A DNA stretch of 64,000 nucleotides from positions 25,730,001 through 25,794,000 of the forward strand of contig NC_086375.1 of assembly GCF_036588685.1 (NCBI RefSeq). Direction: 5' to 3'. This document shows positions 13,901 through 27,000 of the stretch, piece by piece. A model generated the notes under the pieces. That model was not told the DNA's origin and searched no databases. It worked only from the letters and a program-made list of their open reading frames with translations. The DNA is from Mytilus trossulus. Its lineage: Eukaryota. Numbering within the stretch: the first letter of the stretch is position 1; the number at the start of each line of letters is the position of its first letter. The position numbers and the translations under genes are program-made.

Positions 13901-16779
13901 ATCAGTATTCAACCCTAGACAATTTCTCAAGATATTTTTCTTCTTTTTTAACTCCAATACACAAAAAAACATGTGCTAGTCATACAGATAAAAGTATACC
14001 AGTAGTTTAAAACATATACAATGGATGACAACTGTTTTCAGAATGACCCAAACAAATTTTTGTAACTATTCAAATTTCAATACTTTTTTCTCCCTGATTT
14101 GCTCCCTATGTTTTAGTTTTTCTTCAACAGCATGTACAGCTTCTTCCATTGCTACTTTCACAGTCTACAACAAAAGATATACAATAATTGGATACCAATG
14201 TTAATAACAAACTTGAAAATGCATTCATAAATTCTATTTCAGTCAAATATTACCTAGGGTTCAATCAATGTGCAGGCTATACTAACAAAAACTATTCCAT
14301 ACATGAAGGACAAACACCATTGAGAACAATGTCATAATCAGTTAAGGAGACAAAATCTTGTGTATCATCCATAGTAAATAATTTAAATGTTGAAAAAAGA
14401 TAACAATACTCAAATTTATAACACTATCATATAAGTGAAATGTCCATAGAATCTTGGTCTATTATGCAATTATAGTATTATAGTCCAAAATAGAATACAG
14501 AGGATATTTCTCAGACGGAAATCATCCAAATTTTCCACCATCCACTTTTATAAATTTACACTCTACAGCAACTTTATTGTGATTTATTCCTGTCTTTGCC
14601 CCTTTCAAATATTTTCTAAGTTACCCAGGAATAGATTAACTTAAGTTATATTTTACAAACTCTTTTGGAATGTTGGTCCTAACTGCTCTTCAAATGTGTA
14701 AATGTAAAAAAAAATTGGTATATATTTTGACTTTTATAACTTTTTTGATACAAGCATCACTGATGAGTCTATTTTGTAGACAAAACATAAATCTTGCTAC
14801 CAGAATTTTTAAGTCTGGTATCTATGAGTTTTCAATATTGAATATAACTAAGATGCCCATTAAAAAACAATCAAATATTTCACTTGTTCACATCTCATCC
14901 CTTATAAACAGCACTGCAGAAAAAAAAGAAAAATATAGGACTTACCATAACTTGGTCTTTCATTTCTCCCAATGGTACTGTCAAATTAGTAATAGCTTTA
15001 TCCATTCCAACCTGAAAAGATGCTCTAGATTGAGTATGTTGTAAACAGAACTCAATGTTTACTTTAAAGAGAATGAACATGTTTAAATGCATAATACACA
15101 AAAAAAGTATACCATTTTTCATTTAATTTAAAATGTAAGCATGGTAAGCATTACAATATAAAATTGTAACAAACCTATTACAACTGTGTTATTTGTTTGT
15201 TTACTTATGCAGTTTGCAAAGAGTGCATTGTTCAGGATAAATGTAGTACTGTATTCTATAAAAAAAGTTTTTGTATAGTGATGTTTATGTGGGTTAAGTC
15301 GATGAAAATTTAGAAATTGTGTGATTTTCAATTTTTAGTCATGTAAGTCAGGTTATTAAAGTGATATTTTTTAAAGACTGTTTGACAGTAAATTAAATTC
15401 AAAGTTAACTGAATACCAACTTCTTTTTCACCCTGTTTTTAAGCATTCATCTCTTTCTATCTGACTTAATTTATTTTCTTGAATTTTCTACTTACATAGA
15501 TTTATTCATTTACATTACAATTTAAACTAAAAAAAATCATTTTTCATTTCCTTGAGCTTCATGCTTTCTTAGTTTGAATCAACCATTCAATCAATTGATA
15601 TTTAAAATGCCTAGTAACCAATTGCAATTATACCTAGCAATAACCTTACCAAATTTGTAGATAAGTTGACAAAATCAGCATAGTCTTTATTAATAAGTTC
15701 TATCATGGCACTGCGGAGAATTTTCAAGTATGTGTTTAGATCATCTCTCAGTGTCTCCAGTGGTACTCTTCTCCTGCATTCCATCACAAAATTATCTACA
15801 TCAAATCCATCCTGTAAATAAAAAGTGGCTGAATTCAGACGACTCCTGATAAAATTTGCAAACCTCCTCTCTTTGAAAGTCGATCTCAACAAAATGACCG
15901 AAATTATTACGTTTGAAAAATAAAATTTGACCTAAATCCCTATTAAAAATTTAGGACATTATAGTTTCAGTTAAGGACAGGACTGGCAAATATGACCGTT
16001 TCCAGACCCTTGGTCTGAGGATACAATGCCCCTGCTGATGCTTCAAGCAAATGTTAAAAAAAAAAATGTAACAAATAGACTGAAAGACAAAAGGACTAAA
16101 AGACAGAAAGATGGTGGGTCAAGGGTACACTTAATGCCCTGTCTCCAATGGCAGAGGTATACAAATTATTTTGTCTACATATTTGTACCTGTCAGACAAC
16201 ATTATATGAATTCCTGCAAATTAATTATTTGTATATTGCTTTACCGAAATGTATTATGATGAGTAGAACAAACTGGAATCCATTTAAAACACAAATACAT
16301 ATGTAACCTTCCAACATCATCACAGCTACACATACATTTACATCGTGTCAGATGTTTTAAATTTCAATGCAATAACTTGTGACAACAATTAATGTTTTAA
16401 ATAATGGCACAATAATCTGCATACAAGTGTAAATTATTAATGTTTCAATAAATAATGAAAATCAGACTGACTGGCACAACCCGCAATATGGATCAAATTT
16501 ATTACATTATACAAAGAAAAAGGACCCATTGAGACATTGTTACTCTTGTACAATAGGATGCATTTTAAACCTCAGTTCTGTCTCATGCTTTTAAACCTTT
16601 CCTGAAAAATTAGTAAGTTCTGCCACCAGTATTAGAGATTTAAAATGACATACAGGTTGAAAGCTGAGTGTTTATTTATGAACAGCAAGCAATATTACCT
16701 TCATAAACACATCTTTGTCAAAGCACAGAGACGCAGGACCACTAGGAAGTGGTACCGCTTTATTTGGGTCTCCTGTCAT
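1995..16779 (-). CDS. COG2: Conserved oligomeric Golgi complex subunit 2, exons 1-8 (3' part lies beyond the left edge)
   Basis: GT-AG exons with consistent phases: 16699-16779 (MTGDPNKAVPLPSGPASLCFDKDVFMK; a further in-frame ATG at 16830), 15650-15811 (DGFDVDNFV...ELINKDYADFVNLSTNL), 14946-15011 (VGMDKAITNLTVPLGEMKDQVM), 14084-14164, 13530-13618 (LMNIISSVEKIEKLL), 13028-13133 (LTGQLIERVANEFNKLQF), 11875-12054 (QCLRTYALIDK), 1995-2101 (MYAKILEFVPLHC). These match the COG2 N-terminal signatures (LCFDKDxFM, ELINKDYADFVNLSTNLVGMDKA). Confidence 0.96.
2636..3173. mobile_element. Non-autonomous TIR element with TTAA target duplication (Kolobok/piggyBac-like MITE)
   Basis: ttaa|GGAGGCTCGAGGGTATAAA ... 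TTTAGACCTGCGAGCCCCC|ttaa. A fragmented copy lies at about 36970-37130 plus 38272-38490. Confidence 0.7.
3766..5629 (+). CDS. Secreted C1q-domain-containing protein, copy 1 (181 aa), nested in COG2 intron 7
   Basis: Exons 3766-3841 (signal peptide MNYYTTVLTLLLLAEMVMG), 4446-4499, 5214-5629; phase-1 introns; globular C1q motifs IKFDKVVTN..GYNPTTGIFTAPLAGVYHFSY...LKKGDQIAV...SSFSGYLI; TATA at 3701; AATAAA just after the stop. Confidence 0.93.
6860..8710 (+). CDS. Secreted C1q-domain-containing protein, copy 2 (187 aa), nested in COG2 intron 7
   Basis: Exons 6860-6950, 7241-7294, 8292-8710; signal peptide MKLTNYYTSILTLLLMAEMVVG; C1q domain PAFSA...GIFTAPIGGIYHF...FSGYLI; TATA at 6807. Confidence 0.93.
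9553..11406 (+). CDS. Secreted C1q-domain-containing protein, copy 3 (187 aa), nested in COG2 intron 7
   Basis: Exons 9553-9643, 9934-9987, 10988-11406; tandem duplicate of copy 2 with about 2.69 kb period; TATA at 9500. Confidence 0.93.
12772..12970 (+). repeat. High-copy interspersed repeat (AAAATTGAGAATGGAAATGGGGAATGTGTCAAAGAG... family)
   Basis: Reverse-complement copies at about 48535-48648 and 38690-38800; partial copy at about 39300-39420. Confidence 0.7.
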
Positions 16780-17024
16780 AGTCCCAACTTGTTTTGCACT
16801 GCTGGCAGGACGGGGAATAACTCTTGGCATAACCGGATGTAAATTCGTTGCTCAAACTAAAAACCCAAAACTCATTCAATGGAGTGTAGACAAATCTTTT
16901 TTTTTTTACTTAAAAATATATATACTCAGAGAAACAGATGATTTGATATTTGAAAACTTCTTTCATCCGCTAATGTTTCGTATTTAAACAATGTGACACA
17001 TGATTATAACTTTATTCTTTGAGT

Positions 17025-17124
17025 AAAATGAAAGTCTACTCGGAATTCTTCAGGATTTTTCTTCTGTAAATCAAAACGAAAGTAGGGAATTCCCAAAAAA
17101 TATAACCACTTGTCTCGTGAGTCA
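17025..17124 (+). promoter_or_regulatory. Candidate immune-inducible module in the COG2 / TIR-death-domain bidirectional promoter: 2x IRF-type element, kB site, AP-1 site
   Basis: AAAATGAAAGT 17025-17035, AAAACGAAAGT 17073-17083, palindromic GGGAATTCCC 17085-17094, TGAGTCA 17118-17124; probable non-coding exon donor CAA|gtaaga at 17168; ETS-like ACCGGATGT at 16832-16840 on the COG2 side. Confidence 0.65.
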
Positions 17125-17503
17125 CAGAAAATAAAAACAAGAGTCCAACTTGATCTCAAGGACACAAGTAAGATATAAAGAGTTATTTTCATTTTTGAAG
17201 ATTATTCAAATATGTGGTTTGCATTTGATGACACAGTTGACACTGTCATAGACATCTTAATTTGCCTTAAAAAAGCGAAGCGACTTCTTCCCCCTATTCC
17301 CATGTGACATGAATGGCATTTTTTCGGGATGGGCATAGATCATAACAATCCATTTAGGATATTAAAGTTCAAATGGGGTATAGATTTTTAATGCCAAATT
17401 GCCAAATATATCAATTGATAAGCAAAGCTGCTTTTCAGTGCATTTGTTTAGAATAACTACAAAATAGAAATTTAGGTTGGCAACTTTTCCCGAAAATGAA
17501 TTA

Positions 17504-17798
17504 GGGAGCTACCATTTGATTTTTATGGGGGGGGGGGGGGGGGGGCTAGGATGAAAAATTGTGTCCTGCCTTTTTTTTAAATTTGTAATCTCTGTCTTGC
17601 CTTTTTATTTTTCAGTCTATTCGGTCCTGTCTTCTTCTTTTTTCTTAGCTTATCCTGACTTTTTTACAACAATTGTCATCCTGTCTTTTTTTTTGCCAAG
17701 TTACTCATCCTGCCTTTTTTTTTTTAACTCTAAATCCTGTCCTGCCTTTTATTTCAAATTTCATCCTAGCCCCCCATAAAAATCAAATGGTAGCTCCC
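17504..17798. mobile_element. PIF/Harbinger-like MITE in the 5' UTR intron of the TIR-death-domain gene
   Basis: tta|GGGAGCTACCATTTGATTTTTATGGGG..CTAGGATGAAA ... TTTCATCCTAGCCCCCCATAAAAATCAAATGGTAGCTCCC|tta; 3-bp TTA TSD. Confidence 0.75.
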
Positions 17799-18097
17799 TT
17801 AGTTGCAAAATTGTTTCATCCGAAAATCAGTATCTTCCAAGAGATCAAACTCATAAACATTCTGGTACATATAAAAGAAAAAAGATGCTGATTAAAAGTT
17901 TTTGCATTTATTTGATAATTTATATACTTAGCAGACTTCAATGTGCAGTTCTCAAAAAAAAACATGCACCTGATCTCTTCAAAATTATTTTACACTAGAA
18001 TTGATTATTTACCTTACTATGAACTTGTTTTAATACTTGCAGCCAAAGATTTTTGAAAAGGCTGGTTAAAAGGGTATGAAAACACTGCAAGATTAAG

Positions 18098-21000
18098 ATG
18101 GAGTTAATTTGTTCATGTCATGCAGCTACCAGTAGAAGAGTAAAGCAGATACAAGATATTTGTACAGGAAAGGATATATCTGTAACTGTTAGGCAATGTA
18201 AAGGTATGTATTGTCAAGTTTTTTAAGTGGCTAAAATGTTTGATTTCAAGTGTGTGTGTGTTTTTACCCCCCCCCCCCCCCCCCTGTTGTATGCATTCTT
18301 GCTGTTCAATTTATCTAAATCTTTAACAATAGAATGGAAGAATAGTTCTTATTTTGTGCATATCTTTTTAATACATAATACATTTGACAGTAAATGAAAA
18401 ATTAGTTTTGCAGATCATGATTTTGCCATATGTTCTGTGGCTATTTTGTTTGCTATCTTGTCAATTACTGATTCACTTTTTAAAGATCTTCTGGTCTAAT
18501 TTAAACCCAAATTAGAACAAACAGTCCTTGCAATAGCCAGGTTGAGAGTTATTTTATATGTATGAAAGAAGTCACCCTTTTAAGAGATGAATTATTTGTG
18601 TTTACAAAAGATTTTATTTGTTTTGTATTTTGTATTTATAGTAGTGATATATATATTGTATTTATACCAATAGCAAAATCAAACTTTATTTTTCAGGAAT
18701 TGAAGATGTTAAAAGATTGGAACTTGATGTAAATAAATGCTGTGTGCTAATACTAGATGATGAACTGGTTGACTTATTAGAAAGTTGTGGAAGACTTGTG
18801 GCCAAAATACTAAGTATGAATGGTTGATTTTAAACTTGAAAGGAGGGAGAATTATAGGAAAGGGCACTTATCATTTTATCCTGAAGTTTATTGGATGTTT
18901 ATTATTTATTCTCAGACTGTTGAAAATTAATTTTCAAAAGTGTTTACATCATTTCAAAACAGATTTTATGAAAAAATAAGTAGAAAAAGCATATACAATA
19001 AAACTAAGTATTCCATATTGATAAAACTTTAGTGGGTTTTCTATATGAATGGAATTTTGAATAAATAAGCATATTCGCCTGCCATAAAAGTATGTTCAAC
19101 ATGCAAAATGTTGCGTGTTTTACGTGTATAATTTTGGTAAAAAAACGCTTGATGTACAATTGGTTTTGGTAAACTAATTTGTATTGGCAGTGCTTTCATT
19201 TGATTTAGCTGACATTTTTTAAAATGTTGCTTATTGTGAAGTTGATAACGCTGATCTATATAAATTTTGAAATTAGACAAATGTTTTATGTAGTCAATGT
19301 TTTAACTTTAATTCATTGTGATAATTACCACTAATATTAATTTGAAATTTTCTGTTAGAAACAGGGGACCATTTTGGGGCCTACTCTAACCTTCCTGTAC
19401 TTTTCAGAGATAACATCAAAGCCTAACAAGTTGATATATTTCAAACTTGTTACTTGCGAGAAAATGGAAATGTTTGACGAATGTGAATGGAGGCAATGTG
19501 TTAACTCGGAGGAGGAACTGATCAAAATTTATACAACAAAAATATGTAAATCTCCGACAGAGTCTGATGGTAGGTACATAAAAAATTCTAAAGAAAAAAA
19601 AATATTCAGTTCTTTTAAACATTAAATGATCTAATTTTAATGTATGAAGAAATTTATGAACTGTATACCTGTACATAAGAAAACATTAAATGGAAACAGT
19701 AAGGAAGAATTTTAGATCTAAGTTCTGGTGTGGTGATTTAGATATTTCGCCTTAAAATTGTTGTGTTGTTTATTTGTTGAAACTTATTCACAAGTTTTTG
19801 TTTTGAATTGAGGGAGTCAATAAATGGCATAATTTATCACAATTTTTTTATAAAGAAAAATGTACATTTATTAGTAAAGGCCATGGGATTTGCGTCTAGT
19901 TGATTATTACATCACCATGTTCCAACCTTTTCTGTCATTCATACATAGATTTATTTTAGAACAAGAGTTGGGGTAAATATTTATGATTTTTTTTAAATCC
20001 CTCACACTCTATATTTTAGTTTTAAGCTCACCTGTGAAAGGGGCCAAGTGAGCTTTTCTCATCACTTGGCGTCCATCGTCCATCATCATCCGTCGTCTTT
20101 AACTTTTACAAAAATCTTCTTCTCTGAAACTACTTTGCCAAATTTAAACAAACTTGGCCACAATCATCAATGGGGTATCTAGTTAAAAAAATGTGTTGGG
20201 TGACATGGCCACCATGGTTAAAAAAAGAACATAGGGGTAAAATGTAGTTTTTGGCTTATAATTCAAAAACCAAAGCATTTAGAGCAAATCTGGCATGGTG
20301 TAAATTTGTTTATCAGGTCAAGATCTTACAGACGAATCAGACAACCCGTCGTTAGGTAACTTAGGTTGCTGCCCCTGAATCGGTAATTTTAGGGAAATTT
20401 TGCTGTTTTTGGTTATTATCTTGAATGTTATTATAGATAGAGATAAACTGTAAACAGCAATAATGTTCAGCAAAGTAAGATTTACAAATAAGTCTACATG
20501 ACCAAAATGGTCAGTTGACCCTTTTAGGAGTTATTGACTTTTATAGTCAATTTTTTACCATTTTTCGTAAATCTTTTATATCTTTTACAAAAATCTTCTC
20601 TTCTGAAACTGCTGTGCCAAATTAAACCAAACTTAGCCACAATCATCATTGCGGTATCTAGTTTAAAAAATGTGTCCAGTGACTTGGCCAACCAACCAAG
20701 ATGGCTGCCATGGCTAAAAATCGAACATAGGGGTAATATGCAGTTTTTGGCTTATAACTCAAAAACCAAAGCATTTAGAGCAAATCTGACAGGAGGTGAA
20801 ATTGTTTATGAAGTCAAGATTTATCTGCCCTAGAATTTTCAGATGAATCGAATAACCGGTTGTTAGGTTGCTTCCCCTGAATTGGTAATTTTAAGGAAAT
20901 TTTGCCGTTTTTTTTCTTCTTATAATAATAGATAGAGATAAACTGTAAACAGCAATAATGTACAGCAAAGTTAGACCTAAAAATAAGTCAACATGACCAA

Positions 21001-24000
21001 AATGGAGTTATTGCCCTTTATAGTAAATTTTTAACAATTTTCATAAAATTTGTTAATTTTCACTAACATTTTTCACTGAAACTACTGGGCCAAGTTCATT
21101 ATAGATACTCATAGAGATAATTGTAAGCAGCAAGAATGTTTAGAAAAGTAAGATCTACAAACACATCACCATCACCAAAACACAATTTTGTCATGTGTCC
21201 CCTGTTTAATATTCACATAGACCAATGTGGGCGACACAAGCTCTTTAGAGCCTCTAGTTTTATATGTTATATATTTTTTCACAATTTCAGAAACATCAAA
21301 TACATGTCAAACAATGCAGTCATTGAGCTTGCAGAGTGCAGAGTCTTTGTCCAATTCGTTGTTTACAAATGAACCAGCTGTGAACCAGTCATTGAAAATT
21401 ACTCATGCAAGTATGTATCTGCAAAGTTTTTCAATATTGTGGATTCATCATTATTTGTTGGATATCAATCTCGAGGATCACAATAGATGAACCACAAATT
21501 AAAAATGTTTCAACAAAGTATAAATTTAATTTATGCTTGTATGCAGACTTTGGAAAAACAGCTAAATCAAATATTCACAAAAATGGTACCTATGAAATAG
21601 ATAAATCCACAATGTAGTAATATAAGACAAGTGAATTATCCTGTTTTTGTAAAATTGGTTAAAATTGTGTCTGATTCTCTCCCTTGACTTACTTTGTATT
21701 AATTTGTTTCAAAGAATAGAAATTTTTGGTGTCCATGTTGATTTGCATTTATTTTTGTAGGACCAGAAGCTGTAGAAAGTAGACATTCTTTCTCTAGTGG
21801 GGATGACAATCATGATGAGAAACAATGCCAGAATGACTTGAAAATACAATCTGAGGAGAAAGGTGTTAATAAGTCAAAGAGTGAACAAAATCTTGGTAAA
21901 TACATTCATAAATTTGATTATTTAATATTGTGTGTTTATCTAGTACACAGCAGGGTTTATATTCATGTCTCATTAACATTTTCTGATTTTGATTTGCCAC
22001 TGGAAAATTAAAATAGCCATCCATTACCATCATCATGCACACAAGTCTAGTCTAAAGTTCCTAACAGCTTCTTCAGTTCTGATGATTGTTGCATTAGATA
22101 GCAGTATCTGTTAGAAGATAAATAAGTGCTCCTAAATCGATTTTTTGATTGAGTACAGTTAGTTAAACACGCCATATGAATATCATTTCCCCATTGATCC
22201 GAAATTCTAACGGCCATAGGTGGAGAGTAGGGGACTGGATTGTAACCATTTGCTAGCAAAGATGTAAATTCATAAATGAGGGGGCAGGACCAATTTTAGG
22301 ACGTCGGAATCAGGTGTTTTTAAGCTCAGGATTTCAGGATGTTGGGATTTGAATTTATTTAAATTCAGGACCTCGGATTTCATGTTTTTAAGACCATGAT
22401 TTTTTGGACCCCTCCAAACCCCCCTCATACACCACGGCTGTGGTGTAGTGGTTAGTGCATCGGACTACTAACACAAAGGTTCCTGGTTCGATTCTCGTTT
22501 GGGATGAAAATTTCAGGAACTCAATTTTCGGCTCTCTCTTGACACCATTTGCGAGTATGGTCTTGAGGAAACGATGATAGTCCGTCGGACGGGGACGATA
22601 AATGGCTGACTCGTGTTAAGAGAGAGTCATATCTCTTGCACGTTAAAGACACCCTTGTAGATTTCGAAAAAGAGTAGGCTAATGCTGCTACAAGGCAGCA
22701 CTTGCACCCGCAAAGTGGAAAGGGATTAATATAAGTTGTAAAACTTGTTTCCCAATCCACTATAAACAAATATGTTTAAACTAAACCCCCCTCATATAGT
22801 TTGTAAGTTTCATTGTTTTTTTCAGGTTCCTCAGTTAGTTTACCAGAAAACAAACAGAATAATTTTGAACACAAAGGAGACAGGAAAAGTTTACCAAATG
22901 ATTTACAGAGTGTTGCTACAAACAACTTATATCCAAGGTTGAGTGGAATTTCATCATATATGGAAGCAGGAATGTCATATGGCAATGCACAGTCACATGG
23001 CAATTTGCCAACACATTGTCATTCAGAGTCACAAAGTCAATTCCAGTCCCCAACCCTGAATAGACCATTACAACCTTGGTCTTCTCCAAATGGATGTAGC
23101 TTTAATTCATCTGGTCCTCAGGCTATGACTTGTCAGAGTGGCCAGGGATACAGTTGTCGTTGTGGTTCATGCCAAACGCTGCATCAACACTCTGCAAGTT
23201 TTCCTCAGTTCCATACCTTACAGCCAAAATCTATAGCAGGCAGTTCCACTGGCAGACCTGATACAACCAATAACATGAACTTTAGACCAGAGATAATTGC
23301 CATCAACAGAGGTTTTACACCAACATATAATCCTAATATACAGACAGATGGATCAGGTTTGCAAATTAGCATTTTAAAACAGCTGCATTCTGGGTAATCC
23401 TTTCAAATTGGGTAATGGAATTAAAATTGTGATTGTTGATAACAGTATATAGGAACAGTGAAATTTTAGCCGACAACATGGCATTATTTAAATCAGTGAC
23501 ATATACTTCAAGTGAGCTTTGCAACTCAATTAAAAGGCTTTATTGTTTCATTGAAATATCATATGCATCTTTCATTATTTTTGCACACTACTTTTTCACC
23601 TTATGCTGTAAGTTTTTTCTATGTATTTTCGAAATTGTTGAGATAATCTTAAAATTAAGGTGGTACCTAACACTACAGGGAGAAAACTCTGTAAAGTCAG
23701 CTTAACGTTTTAATTACATTGTGTTGTAAAGGGAATAATAAGCTTCTCAATGATCAAAAATGGTGTTTGTCAAATTGCTATATAACCAGTGTATTTTTTC
23801 TGACAAAAGGTTGGTTCAAAATTTTTGAAATTTTAAAATTTTTGTTAAAGGGTCAGAGTAAAATACTTTGTCATAATTTTATGAAATTTAGACGAGACAA
23901 ATTTATTTTAGGGAAAGTGTTGGTAAAAGATAATAGGTATCCTACAAATAATAGTAATGAATCAAACGTAAATTGTACAAATTAACTGTGTTTTTGTCAA

Positions 24001-27000
24001 TGTTTTTTTTTTTTAAGAATTGTAAAGGAAGGACAGAGAAAGTTCATGTAATCAAATAACTTATTTAACTAGCTCTGTTAATTCATTAAGAATAGCTCCT
24101 TCCTCTCATTTAAAAAAAAAATATTTGTTTTTTATTTCAGATAACAGGACCCTTTCTTGTGACCATTGTGGACATTCTGTTATCCCAAAACATGAAATGG
24201 TAATTATTCATAATTGTTTATTACACTTAGTTACAATTGTTCTCTACAACCATGTAAGTGTGACTAAGTTGCAATATAAGCTAAAAAAAAAAACAGAATA
24301 AAAAAATTATGAGATGTAGGACATATTGTTATTAGACCATCTTTACTGTGGCTTTTGCATATAGGCTTTGTTTCTCCTTCAAATTTTAAAGACTCAATCA
24401 TGAACATTTTTTACCTTCAATCAAGGCCCAAGAAATTGGTTTGCCACAAAAAAAAAATGAAATTGAGACACCCATTTTTTTCTGACACATCATATAGTGT
24501 TTTTTTTAAATGAGACACCCATTTTATCCTAACACATCATTTAGTTTTTTTGGTTTTTTTTTCTGTACTTCTGTGTTTTATTTTGCAGAAAATATTGATT
24601 TATTTTAGATTTTAATGGGTTTTTTTCATGTTTTAATAATCTATTTTCTATTGTATATGTACTTTTTAAATGTTTCAAATTTTGCATTTTCAGAGTGATG
24701 TTGGACCTTCATATGAGACTCATCATTCTGCTGGTATGTTTTGTTAATAAATTTTTGGCTAAAAATTATAGTACCAAGGGAAGGCACTTTCAAATGGGAA
24801 TATTTCATTTACATTTTCTCTTTACTTTACACAAATCCATAGTTGAAATTAAATTGCCTCCCCAGCAGGGTGCAGTGTGTGTTTTAATGGGAGAAAAAAA
24901 AACAGCCATAACAATGGATTTCTGGAAAGTATGCCAAAGTAAACAGCTCACTTCAAGATCAACACCTGATGCCAATTTTTGAACCCTGTGTTATAAAAAT
25001 ATATTGTATTTATCTTACATCTTATATCTTATATATGCTTCAATCAATTATCACAGTAAAAAGCAAAAACAAAAACATTGTAAATTACACTTGCCCTTGA
25101 TCTCACTTTCATTATTAAAATTCTGCACTGCATTAAATCTATATATATGTGTCGTGTTCATTTTATTATTTTGTTCAGGTTATTACTTGTACAAAAACTT
25201 TGTATGAGTAATGACTTGTATGATGCCATCATACAAGTTATTACTTGTACAAACTTGGGTTTGTAAGTCTGGGAAACATTTGTCCACTGTTGGGTATTTA
25301 TTTAATTGTTTTTTGATTTATTCTTACCATTCAACGTATGTTTTATAAATCTATATTGGGTTTGTTTTTCTTTTCTTTTTTATCAACTGAGTATCAATGA
25401 TATTTTTTTTAAATGTTAGAAGATAACAAAAAAACAACGGACCCAAAGTAGCAACATGAGGTAATATGACACCTTGAGCAAATTTAGCTAAACAGCTTGT
25501 TGCCACATACACGGACTACTGGTGCAAAGTGACAAAGTTGTTAAAATCAAGGATAGAATAAAACCCTTCTACCATTTATTTTCAAGTATAAATCATGATA
25601 AAAAGTTGCATATGTAATATCATATGTATTGGAAACAAAAGTAATGCTTGATAAATCAAATAATCTGTTGGTTTGCCCAAGACAAGGACTCATGACATCT
25701 GGAACTACACAATAAGCTCAATCCTGCATAGCACCATTCTCCATGTGAAATTATAATTGATTTAAATAGACAAAATTATTTTTATTAAGACGTTTGCATT
25801 TTTATGACGCCCAACATGCGAAACAAGGAATGTGTTTTTTAATTTGGTAGATGCTTTTTGTGCTTTTTGTGTTTGTTGTATATGTTTGTTTGTCTTGAGA
25901 TTGAAAGACAGCGATGACTGCTGTAACCATTTTTTGACTATTTTAACAATTATGTCTGTTTTGTTCACGCATCTTTGTAAAAATAACAGAATTTGATGCC
26001 ACTGTCATATAAGTGAGAGGTTTAGCTAGCTATAAACCCAGGTTCAATCCACCATTTTCTACATTTGAAAATGCCTGTACAAAGTCAGGAATATGGCAGT
26101 TTTTATATGTTTTATCCTTTGATTTTGCCATTTGATTAGGGACTTTCCCCTTTGAATTTTCCTTGGAGTTCAATATTTTTTGTGATTTTACTTTTTGGAT
26201 TTAGATGTGCCTGTCTTACAGCCACGTTGACAGCTGCAATGAACATGGCCATGGTCACCACTAAAAGAAAGCAATTGTACTACTTTCATGATGTTAGCCT
26301 CAGTGTTCTCTGGTATTTCCAACATTGAGTCTGAATCTTTCCGATTGATTTTTAGTAATTAAACCAATCATAATTTCAACTTTTGTTTCTATTTTGTATC
26401 CATTTTTAGGCAATATTCAGCATTACTCTTGATATTTCTAAAGGCGTCCAGACCTCGGTTTATCAACTGTACAATAAAAAATAATTTCATCTCCTTTGCA
26501 AATGAGTTTTGCGATTTCTGCTTCATTCAAAACAACATAATGACGTATGAAATATCTTTGATGTGCTGTCTATTTTAGATCTCTTAATTTTACTTCCTTT
26601 ACATAAATACTATGCTTACGTGTGTGAATGTCGAATTATTAGAAGAATTATTTTCATTCCAAAATTAATCATGTCATCATGCTCTTTTGTCTCTACACTT
26701 TTTATGCCCCACCTATGATAGTAGAGGGGCATTATGTTTTCTGGTCTGTGCCTCCGTTCGTTCGTCTGTCTGTGCGTCCATTCGCTTCAGGTTAAAGTTT
26801 TTGGTCAAGGTAGTTTTTGAAGAAGTTGAAGTCCAATCAACTTGAAACTTAGTACACATGTTCCCAATGATATGATCTTTCTAATTTTAATGCCAAATTA
26901 TAGTTTTTACCCCAATTTCATGGTCCACTGAACATAGAAAATGATAGTACGAAGTCCAGGTTAAAGTTTTTGGTCAAGGTAGTTTTTGATGAAGTTAAAG

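Noticed and set aside
14670-15044. 124-aa plus-strand ORF
   Set aside because: Antisense to COG2 exon 3 and intron; no recognisable protein features.
20534-20833. Repeated ORFs 'NQPRWPPWLK' (also 35224-37648)
   Set aside because: Chance translations of the HINE core repeat; frames break between copies.
22432-22505. tRNA gene
   Set aside because: A/B boxes are present, but there is no proper acceptor stem; it is followed by a SINE body and tail and bounded by a 14-bp TSD.
23357-23397. Alternative donor at 23394 or a pLxIS-like GLQIS read-through tail
   Set aside because: That donor puts the next exon out of frame (immediate TAA); the motif is intronic in the consistent model and too short to support.
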